Notes under the pieces: generated by a model | What the model was told of the DNA's origin: nothing | What the model saw: the letters and a program-made list of their open reading frames with translations, nothing else | Databases searched by the model: none | NCBI GenBank assembly: GCA_965224085.1 | Contig: CBDCYI010000011.1 | Coordinates: 64,001-128,000 of the forward strand | DNA length: 64,000 nucleotides | Direction of reading: 5' to 3' | DNA from: Candidatus Marinacidobacterales bacterium | Lineage (GTDB): Bacteria > Acidobacteriota > Vicinamibacteria > Marinacidobacterales > SMYC01 | Made by a program: the position numbers and the translations under genes | Shown: positions 19,252-28,458 of the stretch, in pieces | Layout of the letters: each line of letters begins with the position of its first letter | Position numbering within the stretch: the first letter of the stretch is position 1

Positions 19252-20057
19252 ATTGCTGTCAAATTGAGCTGGTGACTGACAGAATGGTCCAATGAAGACC
19301 GATGCGCCAAGCTACCACGGCTATCGATTTCCACCGGAAATCATCAGCCACGCCGTCTGGCTCTACCACCGATTCTGCGTGAGCTTTCGAAACGTCGAAG
19401 AGCTGCTTGCTCAGCGAGGCATCACGGTTTCCTACGAAGCGATCCGACTTTGGTGCATCAAGTTCGGGCCGGAATACGCTCGGCGACTGAAGCGTCGGCA
19501 GGGTCGCCTTGGTGACACGTGGCACCTGGACGAGGTCTTCATAAAGATACAAGGCGAACGCCAATACCTCTGGCGCGCGGTAGACCAAGATGGTGATGTG
19601 ATTGATATCCTCGTCCAGCCTCGCCGTGATCAGAAAGCCGCCAAACGATTCTTCCGCAAGCTGTTGAAAGGGCAAGGCCGTCCGCCCTGGCAGCTGGTCA
19701 CCGACAAACTGAGAAGCTACAGTGCCGCTCACCGCGAGGTCATGCCGTCCGTCGTCCACGACACTGACCAGTACAGAAACAACCTAGCCGAAGTCTCGCA
19801 CGAACCGACGCGACAACGGGAACGACAGATGCGGAAGTCTAAAGCTCCTGGGCAGGCGCAACGATTCTTGACCGTGCATGGACTCGTGCAAAACCTCTTT
19901 CGCGTCGGACGGCATTTGTTGCAAGCGCATCATCATCGGGAGCTACGAGACCGCGCTTTCATCGTCTGGCAGGAGGTAACCTGTGCCGTCCGATGAGAGC
20001 AAAGGAAGTCAGCTCGACGCAATAGGTTCGCTCGCTCAACGTCAACTTGACAATACC
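19252..20057 (+). mobile_element. IS6-family insertion sequence
   Basis: Transposase bounded by imperfect IRs (..TGTCAAATTGA at 19257; TCAACTTGACAATACC ending at 20057). Confidence 0.85.
19292..19996 (+). CDS. IS6-family DDE transposase
   Basis: YRFPPEII..AVWLY.RF..S.R.VEELLA.RG, WHLDEVF, YLWRAVD, VTDKLRSY, NN.AE.SH. Confidence 0.95.
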   Translation: MKTDAPSYHGYRFPPEIISHAVWLYHRFCVSFRNVEELLAQRGITVSYEAIRLWCIKFGPEYARRLKRRQGRLGDTWHLDEVFIKIQGERQYLWRAVDQDGDVIDILVQPRRDQKAAKRFFRKLLKGQGRPPWQLVTDKLRSYSAAHREVMPSVVHDTDQYRNNLAEVSHEPTRQRERQMRKSKAPGQAQRFLTVHGLVQNLFRVGRHLLQAHHHRELRDRAFIVWQEVTCAVR

Positions 20058-20284
20058 TTCTCGCCATCCCCTATGGCACGACGGTGGCCTATAGCGAGCT
20101 CGCGCGGCGACTTTCGAAACCTGCGGCGTTCCGGGCCGTGGGCGCGGCCAACGGCCAGAACCCCATCTCCGTCATCATCCCCTGCCATCGATTGATCGGA
20201 AAAAACGGTAGCTTGACCGATTATGGTGGAGGGCTCGATAGGAAGCGGAAGCTTCTCGAGCTCGAAGGTGCCATTTCGGAGTAA
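20058..20284 (+). pseudogene. ogt: C-terminal half of methylated-DNA-protein-cysteine methyltransferase, cut by IS6
   Basis: IPYGTT.AY.ELA..RAVGAANGQNP..IIPCHRLIG..YGGGLDRK..LL.LEG. Confidence 0.9.
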
Positions 20285-20321
20285 AGTGGTGGTCGACGAC
20301 GCGTTTTGGGTCACCATCATC

Positions 20322-20529
20322 CAGGAGGCGTCGTGACCCGACGCTGGCAGGAGGCGTCGTGACCCGACGCTGGCAGGAGGCGTCGTGACCCGACGCTGGC
20401 AGGAGGCGTCGTGACCCGACGCTGGCAGGAGGCGTCATGAGACGACGTTGGGAGGAGGCGTCATGAGACGACGTTGGGAGGAGGCGTCATGAGACGACGT
20501 TGGGAGGAGGCGTCATGAGACGACGCTGG
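20322..20529 (+). repeat. Tandem array of 8 x 26 bp, each unit carrying an SD and a start codon
   Basis: 4 x CAGGAGGCGTCGTGACCCGACGCTGG, then 4 x (C/G)AGGAGGCGTCATGAGACGACG(T/C)TGG; no spacers. Confidence 0.95.
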
Positions 20530-20997
20530 CTCCTCGTGCTGCCGCTCCTCGTCTTGACGGTCGCTTGCGATCAGACATCGAAACGGCTTGCGGCGGAGCT
20601 TCTTCACGGGCTCGGCCCGCACGTCTATATGGGAGGCTCCGTCACTCTTCTTTACTCGGAGAACGCGGGCGCCTTTCTCGGCCTCGGCGCCGCGCTCGAG
20701 GCGACCACGCGGTTTTGGCTCTTCACCGTGGGCGTGTCGCTCCTGCTCTTGCTCTTCGCGTTCAAGCTGCTCCGCGCCTCGAGCGTGACGGAGCTCGTCG
20801 GCTGGTCTCTTATCCTCGGAGGCGGTGTCGGAAATCTTTTAGACCGCCTGTTCCACGACGGGCACGTCATCGATTTTCTTCGCGTCGGTGTCGGCGGGCT
20901 CCGAACAGGCCTTTTCAACGTTGCCGATGCAGCTATCGTCCTCGGGCTCATCGGACTTCTGTTCGCCGCCGTCGCTCCGCAGGCGAAACCGCGCTAG
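20515..20997 (+). CDS. lspA: Lipoprotein signal peptidase II
   Basis: DQTSK, ENAGAFLG, GGGVGNLLDR, GHVIDF, FNVADAAI. Confidence 0.93.
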   Translation: MRRRWLLVLPLLVLTVACDQTSKRLAAELLHGLGPHVYMGGSVTLLYSENAGAFLGLGAALEATTRFWLFTVGVSLLLLLFAFKLLRASSVTELVGWSLILGGGVGNLLDRLFHDGHVIDFLRVGVGGLRTGLFNVADAAIVLGLIGLLFAAVAPQAKPR

Positions 20998-21143
20998 ATG
21001 GATGACAAAAACGCAAGGACTGTGGCAGAGCGACCAGGAAGCGGGTAGCTTTTAGGCAGTAGCAACTCGTATTACGGGAACTAGATGACGTAAAATGCGG
21101 GTGGCCTGCGGATCCCAACCGTGTGGCTTCGGATGCGAATGAG

Positions 21144-21548
21144 ATGATGAAGCGGAAATGGTTCTTTGGGGTCGTCCTGGCGGTGCTTCCCTTCGCGGTT
21201 TCTTGCCAGGATTTGAGCGATTACCCCTATTTGTTCCTCACCGGGTTTTCGGAGAGAGAGCTCGTCAAGATGTCGCGCATGTCCGTTCGCGAGCTCGAGG
21301 AGCGCATCGGGCTCAGTGAAGTTCCCGGTGGTTTCTGCGGCAACAACGCGGCTCGCGGACAAGCCGCTCACGCCATCGCGAGCTATCTCGGCACACGCCG
21401 CTGGGGGCCGGACATCACGCTGGCTTTCGGTTACTTGAGAGAGTATGGCCATTGGTTCCTTTACGATAACGAGGCCGATCCGATCGACCTTGCGGCGAAC
21501 TATGCCGGCATTGCTTTTGCGCTGCAGGAGGCGGAGCGACACGAATGA
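21144..21548 (+). CDS. Hypothetical lipoprotein
   Basis: MMKRKWFFGVVLAVLPFAVS-C lipobox-like signal; the stop overlaps the next ATG. Confidence 0.6.
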   Translation: MMKRKWFFGVVLAVLPFAVSCQDLSDYPYLFLTGFSERELVKMSRMSVRELEERIGLSEVPGGFCGNNAARGQAAHAIASYLGTRRWGPDITLAFGYLREYGHWFLYDNEADPIDLAANYAGIAFALQEAERHE

Positions 21549-23554
21549 GCTCGGGCACTCTACCGACGTCTTGCGTTCTCGATTGTCCCGACACGTGCTC
21601 GCTCGAAGTCACCGTGGAGGACGGCGTCATCACCAAGATCGAAGCGGCCCCTGATAGCGGCAATCCCGTCACGAACGCTTTCATCTGCTCCAAAGTGCGG
21701 CGCTTCGCGAAGCGCGTCTATCACGAGGACCGGCTGTTGCACCCCTTGCGTCGTGTGGGCGCCAAGGGAAGCGGTGCATTCGAGCCTATCTCATGGGACG
21801 AAGCGATTGAAGAGGTCGCGTCGCGCTTGGGCGCGATTAGAGACGAGCATGGCGGTGAGGCCATCCTGCCCTACTCCTATGGCGGCTCGAACGGCTTCAT
21901 GACGGACGAGCTCGTGGACAGCATCTTCTTCGCCCGGCTCGGGGCCTCGCGTCTCGCGAAGACGATTTGTGCGGCGCCGACGAGCGCCGTTGCCGAGGAG
22001 ATGTACGGCAAGATGGCGGGCGTCGCTTTTCCCGATTATGTCGAAGCGGAAGCGATCCTCATCTGGGGTGCCAACCCGAAGGCGTCGAACATCCACCTCA
22101 TTCCCTATTTGAGAGAAGCGAAGAGCCGCGGTGCGTTCATCGCCGTGGTGGACCCCGTTCGTCAGCTCTCGACAGACCTCGTGGACCTTCACCTGCCGGT
22201 GTTCCCCGGGGCCGATTTGCCGCTGGCGCTCGGGATGATCGACCATTGGTCCAAGGAAGGGAAGCTCGATCGCGGCTTCATCGAGCGCCACGCTGAGGGG
22301 CTCGAGCCGCTCTTGGACGCTGCATCCTCGTGGCCGCTCGAAAAAGCCGCCGTCGATGCTGGTGTGGACGAGGTAGAGTTCCGCGAGCTCGCCGAGCGCT
22401 TCGCGGGTGCGCCAAAAGCGCTACTCCGCTGCGGCTGGGGTCTCGAGCGCAATCAAAATGGTGGACAAGCCGTCGCGGCCGTTATGGCCATTCCCGCTCT
22501 CCTTGGAAAATTCGGCAAACGCGGATGCGGCTTCACGCTCAGCAATAGCGGCGCCGGCGAGATGGACGTTTCGCAGATTTGGGACCGGGCGTCTTGGAAC
22601 ACCCGCGTCGTCAACATGACGGAGCTCTCGCTCGTTTTGAATACGCCGCCCGATCCTCCGATTCGCGGCCTCTTCGTCTTCAACTGCAATCCAGTAGCGA
22701 CGGTTCCGGACCAGAACGGGATTATCCGAGGTTTGTCGCGCGATGATCTCTTTACTGTCGTTTCGGAGCAGGTGATGACGGACACGGCGCGCTACGCAGA
22801 CATCGTGCTCCCGGCGACGACCTTTCTCGAGCATCGCGAGCTCAGGCGCTCTTACGGGAACTATGTTGTCGGGGCTACTGAGCCCGTTATCGAGCCGAGA
22901 GGCGAGGCACGCACGAACCTAGCTCTTTTCCAAGCCCTCGGCCGCGCGATGGGTTTTACGGACGACGCGTTCCGATGGAGCGAGGACGAAACGCGCGAGA
23001 AAGTGATCGCCGCGATCCGCTTGAACGGCAAACTCGTTTCGGCCGAGCCTCTTCGCGCAGGGAAGTTTCACGGCTACGATTTCGATGGTCCTGCGCCCAT
23101 TCAATTCGAGAACGTGTTTCCGGAAACGCCCGGCGGCAAGATTCAGCTCACGCCCCGATGTCTCGGTGAGCGCCCGTATCATTATGATCCGGTTCGCTCC
23201 GAGGGCTTTCCCTTGGCGCTCATTTCTCCGGCAACGTCCAAGACAGTGAGCAGCACGCTCGGCGAGTTCAATCTGTCCGAGTTGCGCGCGACCCTTCATC
23301 CTCGTGATGCCGTGCCAAGAGGGATAAAAAGCGGGGACCGCGTACGTGTCTTCAACGAGCTCGGAGAAATCATGTGCCACGCGCGTGTCGGCGAGCACGT
23401 CCGGGCTGGGGTCGTTCACATCCCGAAAGGCGCGTGGATGAAATCCTCTCTCAATGAGCGCGTATCTACCGCTCTCACGCCGACCCACGTCAACGTGGTT
23501 GCCGGCGGCGCGTGCTTCAACGATGCGCGCGTCGAAGTCGAGCTCCTGAGCTGA
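21545..23554 (+). CDS. Molybdopterin-dependent oxidoreductase (DMSO reductase superfamily, uncharacterised subgroup)
   Basis: CVLDCPDTC...C Fe-S motif, RLLHPLRR, ISWDEA, MTDTARYADIVLPAT, C-terminal MGD-binding domain. Confidence 0.9.
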   Translation: MSSGTLPTSCVLDCPDTCSLEVTVEDGVITKIEAAPDSGNPVTNAFICSKVRRFAKRVYHEDRLLHPLRRVGAKGSGAFEPISWDEAIEEVASRLGAIRDEHGGEAILPYSYGGSNGFMTDELVDSIFFARLGASRLAKTICAAPTSAVAEEMYGKMAGVAFPDYVEAEAILIWGANPKASNIHLIPYLREAKSRGAFIAVVDPVRQLSTDLVDLHLPVFPGADLPLALGMIDHWSKEGKLDRGFIERHAEGLEPLLDAASSWPLEKAAVDAGVDEVEFRELAERFAGAPKALLRCGWGLERNQNGGQAVAAVMAIPALLGKFGKRGCGFTLSNSGAGEMDVSQIWDRASWNTRVVNMTELSLVLNTPPDPPIRGLFVFNCNPVATVPDQNGIIRGLSRDDLFTVVSEQVMTDTARYADIVLPATTFLEHRELRRSYGNYVVGATEPVIEPRGEARTNLALFQALGRAMGFTDDAFRWSEDETREKVIAAIRLNGKLVSAEPLRAGKFHGYDFDGPAPIQFENVFPETPGGKIQLTPRCLGERPYHYDPVRSEGFPLALISPATSKTVSSTLGEFNLSELRATLHPRDAVPRGIKSGDRVRVFNELGEIMCHARVGEHVRAGVVHIPKGAWMKSSLNERVSTALTPTHVNVVAGGACFNDARVEVELLS

Positions 23555-23641
23555 GCGGCCTTGACACGCATTGAAGCGCGTCGCCTGAAAAGCCGCTTTG
23601 CCACAAGCGAACGGCGTGGATTATCCGTCCTGGCTCCGCGG

Positions 23642-25080
23642 CTACTGGTCGGAGTCAGCCGTCGCCGTGGTGGAGCGTTTCCGTTCGCGAAACTCGAACT
23701 CGGGATAGTCGCGCTCGATGCGCACGACCTCGAAGAGCGTCGCGATGAGCTCGTCGTCGTCCCCGGCTCGTGCGGGGTTGTGTAATACGTCCACACCACG
23801 TCGAGATCCTCGGTCACTTCGAAGGCCCGGCCGCTCGTCGTCTCGGTGATCAGCGTATTCCCGTTCGGGAGTCGCTGGTTGGATCCACAGATTGGACTCG
23901 AGAAACCGTTGACTTCGTTGCCGCCAAAAAGCCACCGGATCTCCTGGGTGAGAGGGTCGAACTCCACGACCTTCGACATGCCGAAATGGCCTTCGTTGTC
24001 GAAGAGCAGCATGTTGCCGTTCGCCAGCAAAGTCGGTTGGTGCTGCGCGGCCCATAGTCCCGAGAGGGCCCAGACGACGGACTCTGTCTCCATGTCGACG
24101 ATCGCGATGGCGTTCGTCGTCGGCGAGGAGATGAGAGCGTTGCCTTTTGCGAGGACCGGAGATCGTGCGGCATGGGATCCGTCGAGGATCTCGATCGTGT
24201 TCGTGTGCAAAACGTCGCCGAACCTCTCCATCTTGGCAAGAAAAGACGCATAGGGCGATCGCTCGAAGGCCTCGAGCACGGATATCTTCTTGACGATATT
24301 GCCGTTAATGTCGAGCACGACGATGAAGTCCTTGAGCACGAGCTCAACGGGATGGAGCCTCGGGATGACTTTCGCTTCGCGCGATAGGGTGTGGATGAAG
24401 CCGTTCTCATCGACGAACAGATCGTGATGGATGCGGGCTGGATTGGCCCATATCAAATTCGAATCCATGTCGAGCTTGATGAGACCAAAACCGTCGAAGA
24501 TCGCGAGCAAATCGCCGTTCGGGTACATGTAGGCGCGGCGCCAGAATTCGAGATAGGAGACACCGCGTGGCTCTTTGGAGTCGGGAAAGGCCCGATGAAA
24601 CGGTTGCCGCCATTCGTGCAGCACCGTTCCGTCCATGTCGATGAGAACGGCCTTCTCGGAATCCCCGGAGGTGTAGAGGCTCAGGCCGTCATAGGCGCGC
24701 TCGCGGTCGTAGGCCGTCACGCCCTTTTTTTCGGGAGAGGCTTCGTAGCCGCTCAAATAACCCACGGCACGCAAGCGAGCCATTTGCTGTGCCTGTTCGG
24801 GGCTGAGATCCGAGGCGTCTGGCGGGGCCTGAGTCTTCTCCCAGAATCCTTTTCGCCGATCGGGGGCGAGGTAATTTTCTTGCAAGTAGTAGTACACGCT
24901 CCGCGTCAGCGGCCGCGTTCTCACCCAGAGGATGGCGCTCCGAATCGTTTGGTAGGGAGGGATTTGATGCGCGTGGACCATATAGCCGAAGGAGAAAGCA
25001 ACGGAGAGAAGCAGCGCTAGGACGAGACCGGTGCGCACAAAGCGTGGGGTCCTTGTGGCCGATGGGGTGTCGGTGGTCAA
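23642..25080 (-). CDS. Arylsulfotransferase (ASST)-family protein, frameshift near 23785
   Basis: HHD, LHTNTI, QHQP, LFDN, QRLPNGNTLITE..GRAFEV; the natural C-terminus (YNPARAG..LIATLFEVVR..*) is in the frame of ORF 23642-24055. Confidence 0.8.
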
Positions 25081-25184
25081 AAGAATGTGCCTTTTCTAGA
25101 TAGTGTGCGATCTCAGTGCTTTATTTGGGATTGGGTCGGATCTTTAGAAGCGTAGCATCGCCCTTTGGCAGCCACAACCGGGCG

Positions 25185-26678
25185 CTACGTTTCGACGGCA
25201 GCTTCCCGTGGCGGCAGCCGAAGCCACCGACCGAGACGCGCGCCTCCCGGAATACCTTGCATCGTGGCGGTAAGAACGCTCGGAAAGAGAACGCGGACAA
25301 CGAGAGCCGTGATGCATAGGTAGAGGGATCCGCGGCAAAGCAGCTGGACGATGAGCGGCAAGCTCTCGAGGCCTAGGGTTACATGCAACGCGAGGACGGC
25401 CACGGTGGCGCCGACGAGGGGTGGTGCGAGGACGGTTCGAGGCCAGCCTTGTTGAAGCCACCTCGTTGCCACCCCAATCGCTACGACCGCGGCCACGAAC
25501 TGCCCCGCGGCAAGCGCCCAGGCATAAGCGACCATGTTGCCGCCGAGCATGACGGTGAAGATGACGGGCGCTGTCGCGAGCGCGACCGTAACGTCGAGGA
25601 GCACACACCGCCTTAACTCGGTCTTTGCTAGAACAATGTTGTAGCCCGCGCCGAACACACAGACCGCGGCGCCGATGGCAGCGCCCGGAGCGATCAGAGG
25701 ATCCGCGGCGATCCAACGCTCGCCGTAGAGCACGCGGAGCACCGCTTTTCCTTGCCAGCCGACGAAAAAGGCTCCCGGCAAAACGATCCAGAACACCACT
25801 TGAAGAAAAAGGGTCGCCGTTCTCCTGTAGCGCTCGGGCTCCGCCGCGTGTTTCGGAAGAAGCGGGTACACCGTCTCGGCGAAGATGCTGTTCACTTGCC
25901 CGACGGTGCTGAGAAAAAGCGATTGCGCACGTTGCAGGAGTCCGAGCGCGGCAAAACCGAGCTGTAGAGGCAAGACCGCTGCCTCGAGCGCGCCGCGCGA
26001 GGATTGGAGCAATCCGGACCAGCTTTGCTGGAATCCGAAGAGTAAGGAAGACTTGTATCTCCGCCAATCGAGAAATTTGAACCAGCCTGGGGGGCGAAAG
26101 CGGTGCACGAGGAGAAGATCGACAGCACCCGGAATTGCGGGAACGACGTTCGCGCCCGCCACGATGGCAAGTGCGCCGAACCCAGCGACGCCCAAGCTCA
26201 ACATGGTCAGAATGCTAAAGGCTTTGCTGATGCCGTCGAGGATGCGGAGACGGGGAAAATCCAGTGCCCGCTGGAGCATGGTGCTGCGAAGAGCGCTCGG
26301 GCACTCGAAGACAGCGCCGAGCGACGCCAAGTGCAAGAGGAACGCGATAGAGCGGTGGCTCGGCAAGAACCAAAGGCCGCCGGCGATGGCGTTCGTCACG
26401 ACGAAAAGAGTAGCTTGAAGCCAGAAGCCAGCCCGCCAATGCATGGTCCAGTCCGGCTCTTCACCTTCGGGGAGCTGTAGCGCTTGGCTCACGAAGGCTC
26501 GGCAGCTCAAAACGTTCAGCATCGTGAGGACGCCGACGACCGCTCCCGCCCGTCCGTACTCCTCCGGCGGGATGATCCGCACGAGAACGAGCATGGCGCC
26601 GAACTGAGCGAGCATCGCGAAGACGCGATAGCCGGTCGTCCAGGCGATGCCTTTAAGAATGATGTCGTTGGTCGCCAT
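25185..26678 (-). CDS. Wzx-like oligosaccharide flippase
   Basis: About 12 TM segments; LVRIIPPEEYG, LQRALDF, LYGERW. Confidence 0.88.
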   Translation of the reverse strand: MATNDIILKGIAWTTGYRVFAMLAQFGAMLVLVRIIPPEEYGRAGAVVGVLTMLNVLSCRAFVSQALQLPEGEEPDWTMHWRAGFWLQATLFVVTNAIAGGLWFLPSHRSIAFLLHLASLGAVFECPSALRSTMLQRALDFPRLRILDGISKAFSILTMLSLGVAGFGALAIVAGANVVPAIPGAVDLLLVHRFRPPGWFKFLDWRRYKSSLLFGFQQSWSGLLQSSRGALEAAVLPLQLGFAALGLLQRAQSLFLSTVGQVNSIFAETVYPLLPKHAAEPERYRRTATLFLQVVFWIVLPGAFFVGWQGKAVLRVLYGERWIAADPLIAPGAAIGAAVCVFGAGYNIVLAKTELRRCVLLDVTVALATAPVIFTVMLGGNMVAYAWALAAGQFVAAVVAIGVATRWLQQGWPRTVLAPPLVGATVAVLALHVTLGLESLPLIVQLLCRGSLYLCITALVVRVLFPSVLTATMQGIPGGARLGRWLRLPPREAAVET

Positions 26679-26811
26679 GCGTCCGATTGGGAAGGGGAGT
26701 GAGGTCTTGAATCCAGACTAACATGTCGTGACGCGCAGTCAACGGATCGGGCGGGGACGCATATGAATTGGGGACAGGCATGACATAGAATCCCTGCCGG
26801 AGGTTGGAGCG

Positions 26812-28422
26812 ATGAATCGATTGGTGAGTGATTTTCGAAGCTTGATTCTTGCGGTGGGCTTTTTGACGATTGCGCTTTGTGCGACCGCGGCCGAGCCCCC
26901 GGATGCCCGGCTCGACGAGCTGAAACGCGAGGCTGTCGAGGAGGTCGAGTCGCTTCGAAAGCTTACCCAAGTGACCGTGGATATGATCTTCAGCTTCGGT
27001 GAGCTCGGCTTTCAGGAATTCGAGACCTCGGACTACGTTACGGGGCTCTTGCGAGACAACGGCTTCGAGGTCGAGATGGGAATGTCGGACATGCCCACGG
27101 CGTGGATGGCGCGCTGGGGATCGGGCCGCCCGGTGATTGCCTTTGGGAGCGACATCGACGGTATCCCCAAAGCGTCACAAAAACCCGGCGTCGCTTATCA
27201 CGACCCCATCATCGAGGGGGCGCCCGGCCACGGCGAAGGCCACAATTCCGGGCAAGCGGTCAACGTGACGGCCGCGATCGTGCTGAAGAAGATCATGGAG
27301 CGCGAAGGCATTCCCGGAACGCTCGTGCTTTGGCCGGGGGTCGCGGAAGAGCAGCTCGGCTCCAAAGCGTGGTTCGTGCGCGACGGCTATTTCCAGAACA
27401 TCGACGCGTGTGTGTTCACCCATGTGAGCCGAAACCTCAACACGAGCTGGGGGCAGCGAAGCGGCAACGGGCTCGTCTCCGTCGAGTACACCTTCCGCGG
27501 CGAATCGGCGCACTCGGCGGGATCGCCGTGGCGCGGACGCAGTGCGCTCGACGCGGTGGAGCTCATGAACAGCGCGATGAATGCTCGTCGCGAGCACCTG
27601 CGGCTCTCGCAGCGCACGCATTACGTCATCACGAATGGCGGGGATCAGCCGAACGTCGTGCCCTCGGTGGCTTCCGTTTGGTACTACTTCCGCGAGCTCG
27701 ACCAGCCGAACATCAAGCGGCTGTTCGACATCGGCAACAAGACCGCCGAAGCGGCCGCGATGATGACCGACACCGAAGTCGAGTGGCGCATCCTGGGGAC
27801 GGCCTATCCAGGTCATTTCAACAAACCGATTGCCGAGGCGATGACGAAGAACATCCAGGTTGTGGGTCTTCCGGAATGGAGCGAAGCTGACCAAGCTCTC
27901 GCCAAGGCGCTCCAAAAAGAGATGGGCACCGAGCCGACCGGTCTCACGACCGAGCTCGCCGAGCTTCAAGGACCGGCTGAAGAGCCGCGCACGGGCGGCG
28001 GCTCGGACGATATCGGAGACATCTCGTGGAACGTTCCCACGCTCACGCTTCGTTTTCCTTCGAACTTCAGCACAGGCGGCGGCGGGCATCACTGGTCGAG
28101 CGCCGTCGCGATGGCCACCCCTATCGCTCACAAAGGCGCGACGGCGGGCGCCAAGGTCATGGCGATGACCGGGCTCGATCTCTTTCTCGACCCGGAGCTT
28201 CTCGAGGAAGCGCACAAATACCTCAACGAAGTGCAGAAGAAAGACCACGAGTACACGCCGTTCATCTCGGATGCCGATCCACCGGCGACGCACCTCAACG
28301 AGGAGATCATGAACCGGTATCGGGATGAGATGAAGAAGTACTACTTCGACCCCGAGAAATACGACACCTATATGGAGCAGCTCGGGATCGAGTACCCGAC
28401 GGTACGGGAGGAGAATCAATAG
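26812..28422 (+). CDS. M20 amidohydrolase, AbgB-like, with signal peptide
   Basis: ELGFQEFET, GHGEGHN, AEE, GRSALDAVELM, GGDQPNVVP, GSDDIGDISW. Confidence 0.88.
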   Translation: MNRLVSDFRSLILAVGFLTIALCATAAEPPDARLDELKREAVEEVESLRKLTQVTVDMIFSFGELGFQEFETSDYVTGLLRDNGFEVEMGMSDMPTAWMARWGSGRPVIAFGSDIDGIPKASQKPGVAYHDPIIEGAPGHGEGHNSGQAVNVTAAIVLKKIMEREGIPGTLVLWPGVAEEQLGSKAWFVRDGYFQNIDACVFTHVSRNLNTSWGQRSGNGLVSVEYTFRGESAHSAGSPWRGRSALDAVELMNSAMNARREHLRLSQRTHYVITNGGDQPNVVPSVASVWYYFRELDQPNIKRLFDIGNKTAEAAAMMTDTEVEWRILGTAYPGHFNKPIAEAMTKNIQVVGLPEWSEADQALAKALQKEMGTEPTGLTTELAELQGPAEEPRTGGGSDDIGDISWNVPTLTLRFPSNFSTGGGGHHWSSAVAMATPIAHKGATAGAKVMAMTGLDLFLDPELLEEAHKYLNEVQKKDHEYTPFISDADPPATHLNEEIMNRYRDEMKKYYFDPEKYDTYMEQLGIEYPTVREENQ

Positions 28423-28458
28423 CGAGTCACGTACTAGCTAAAAAAAAAGAGTGACCGT

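Noticed and set aside
20322-20529. CRISPR array
   Set aside because: The units are contiguous with no unique spacers, and no cas genes are present.
28440-28448. Poly-A tract as a phase-variation switch for the symporter
   Set aside because: A short intergenic run with no definable promoter spacing; homopolymer length is also unreliable.
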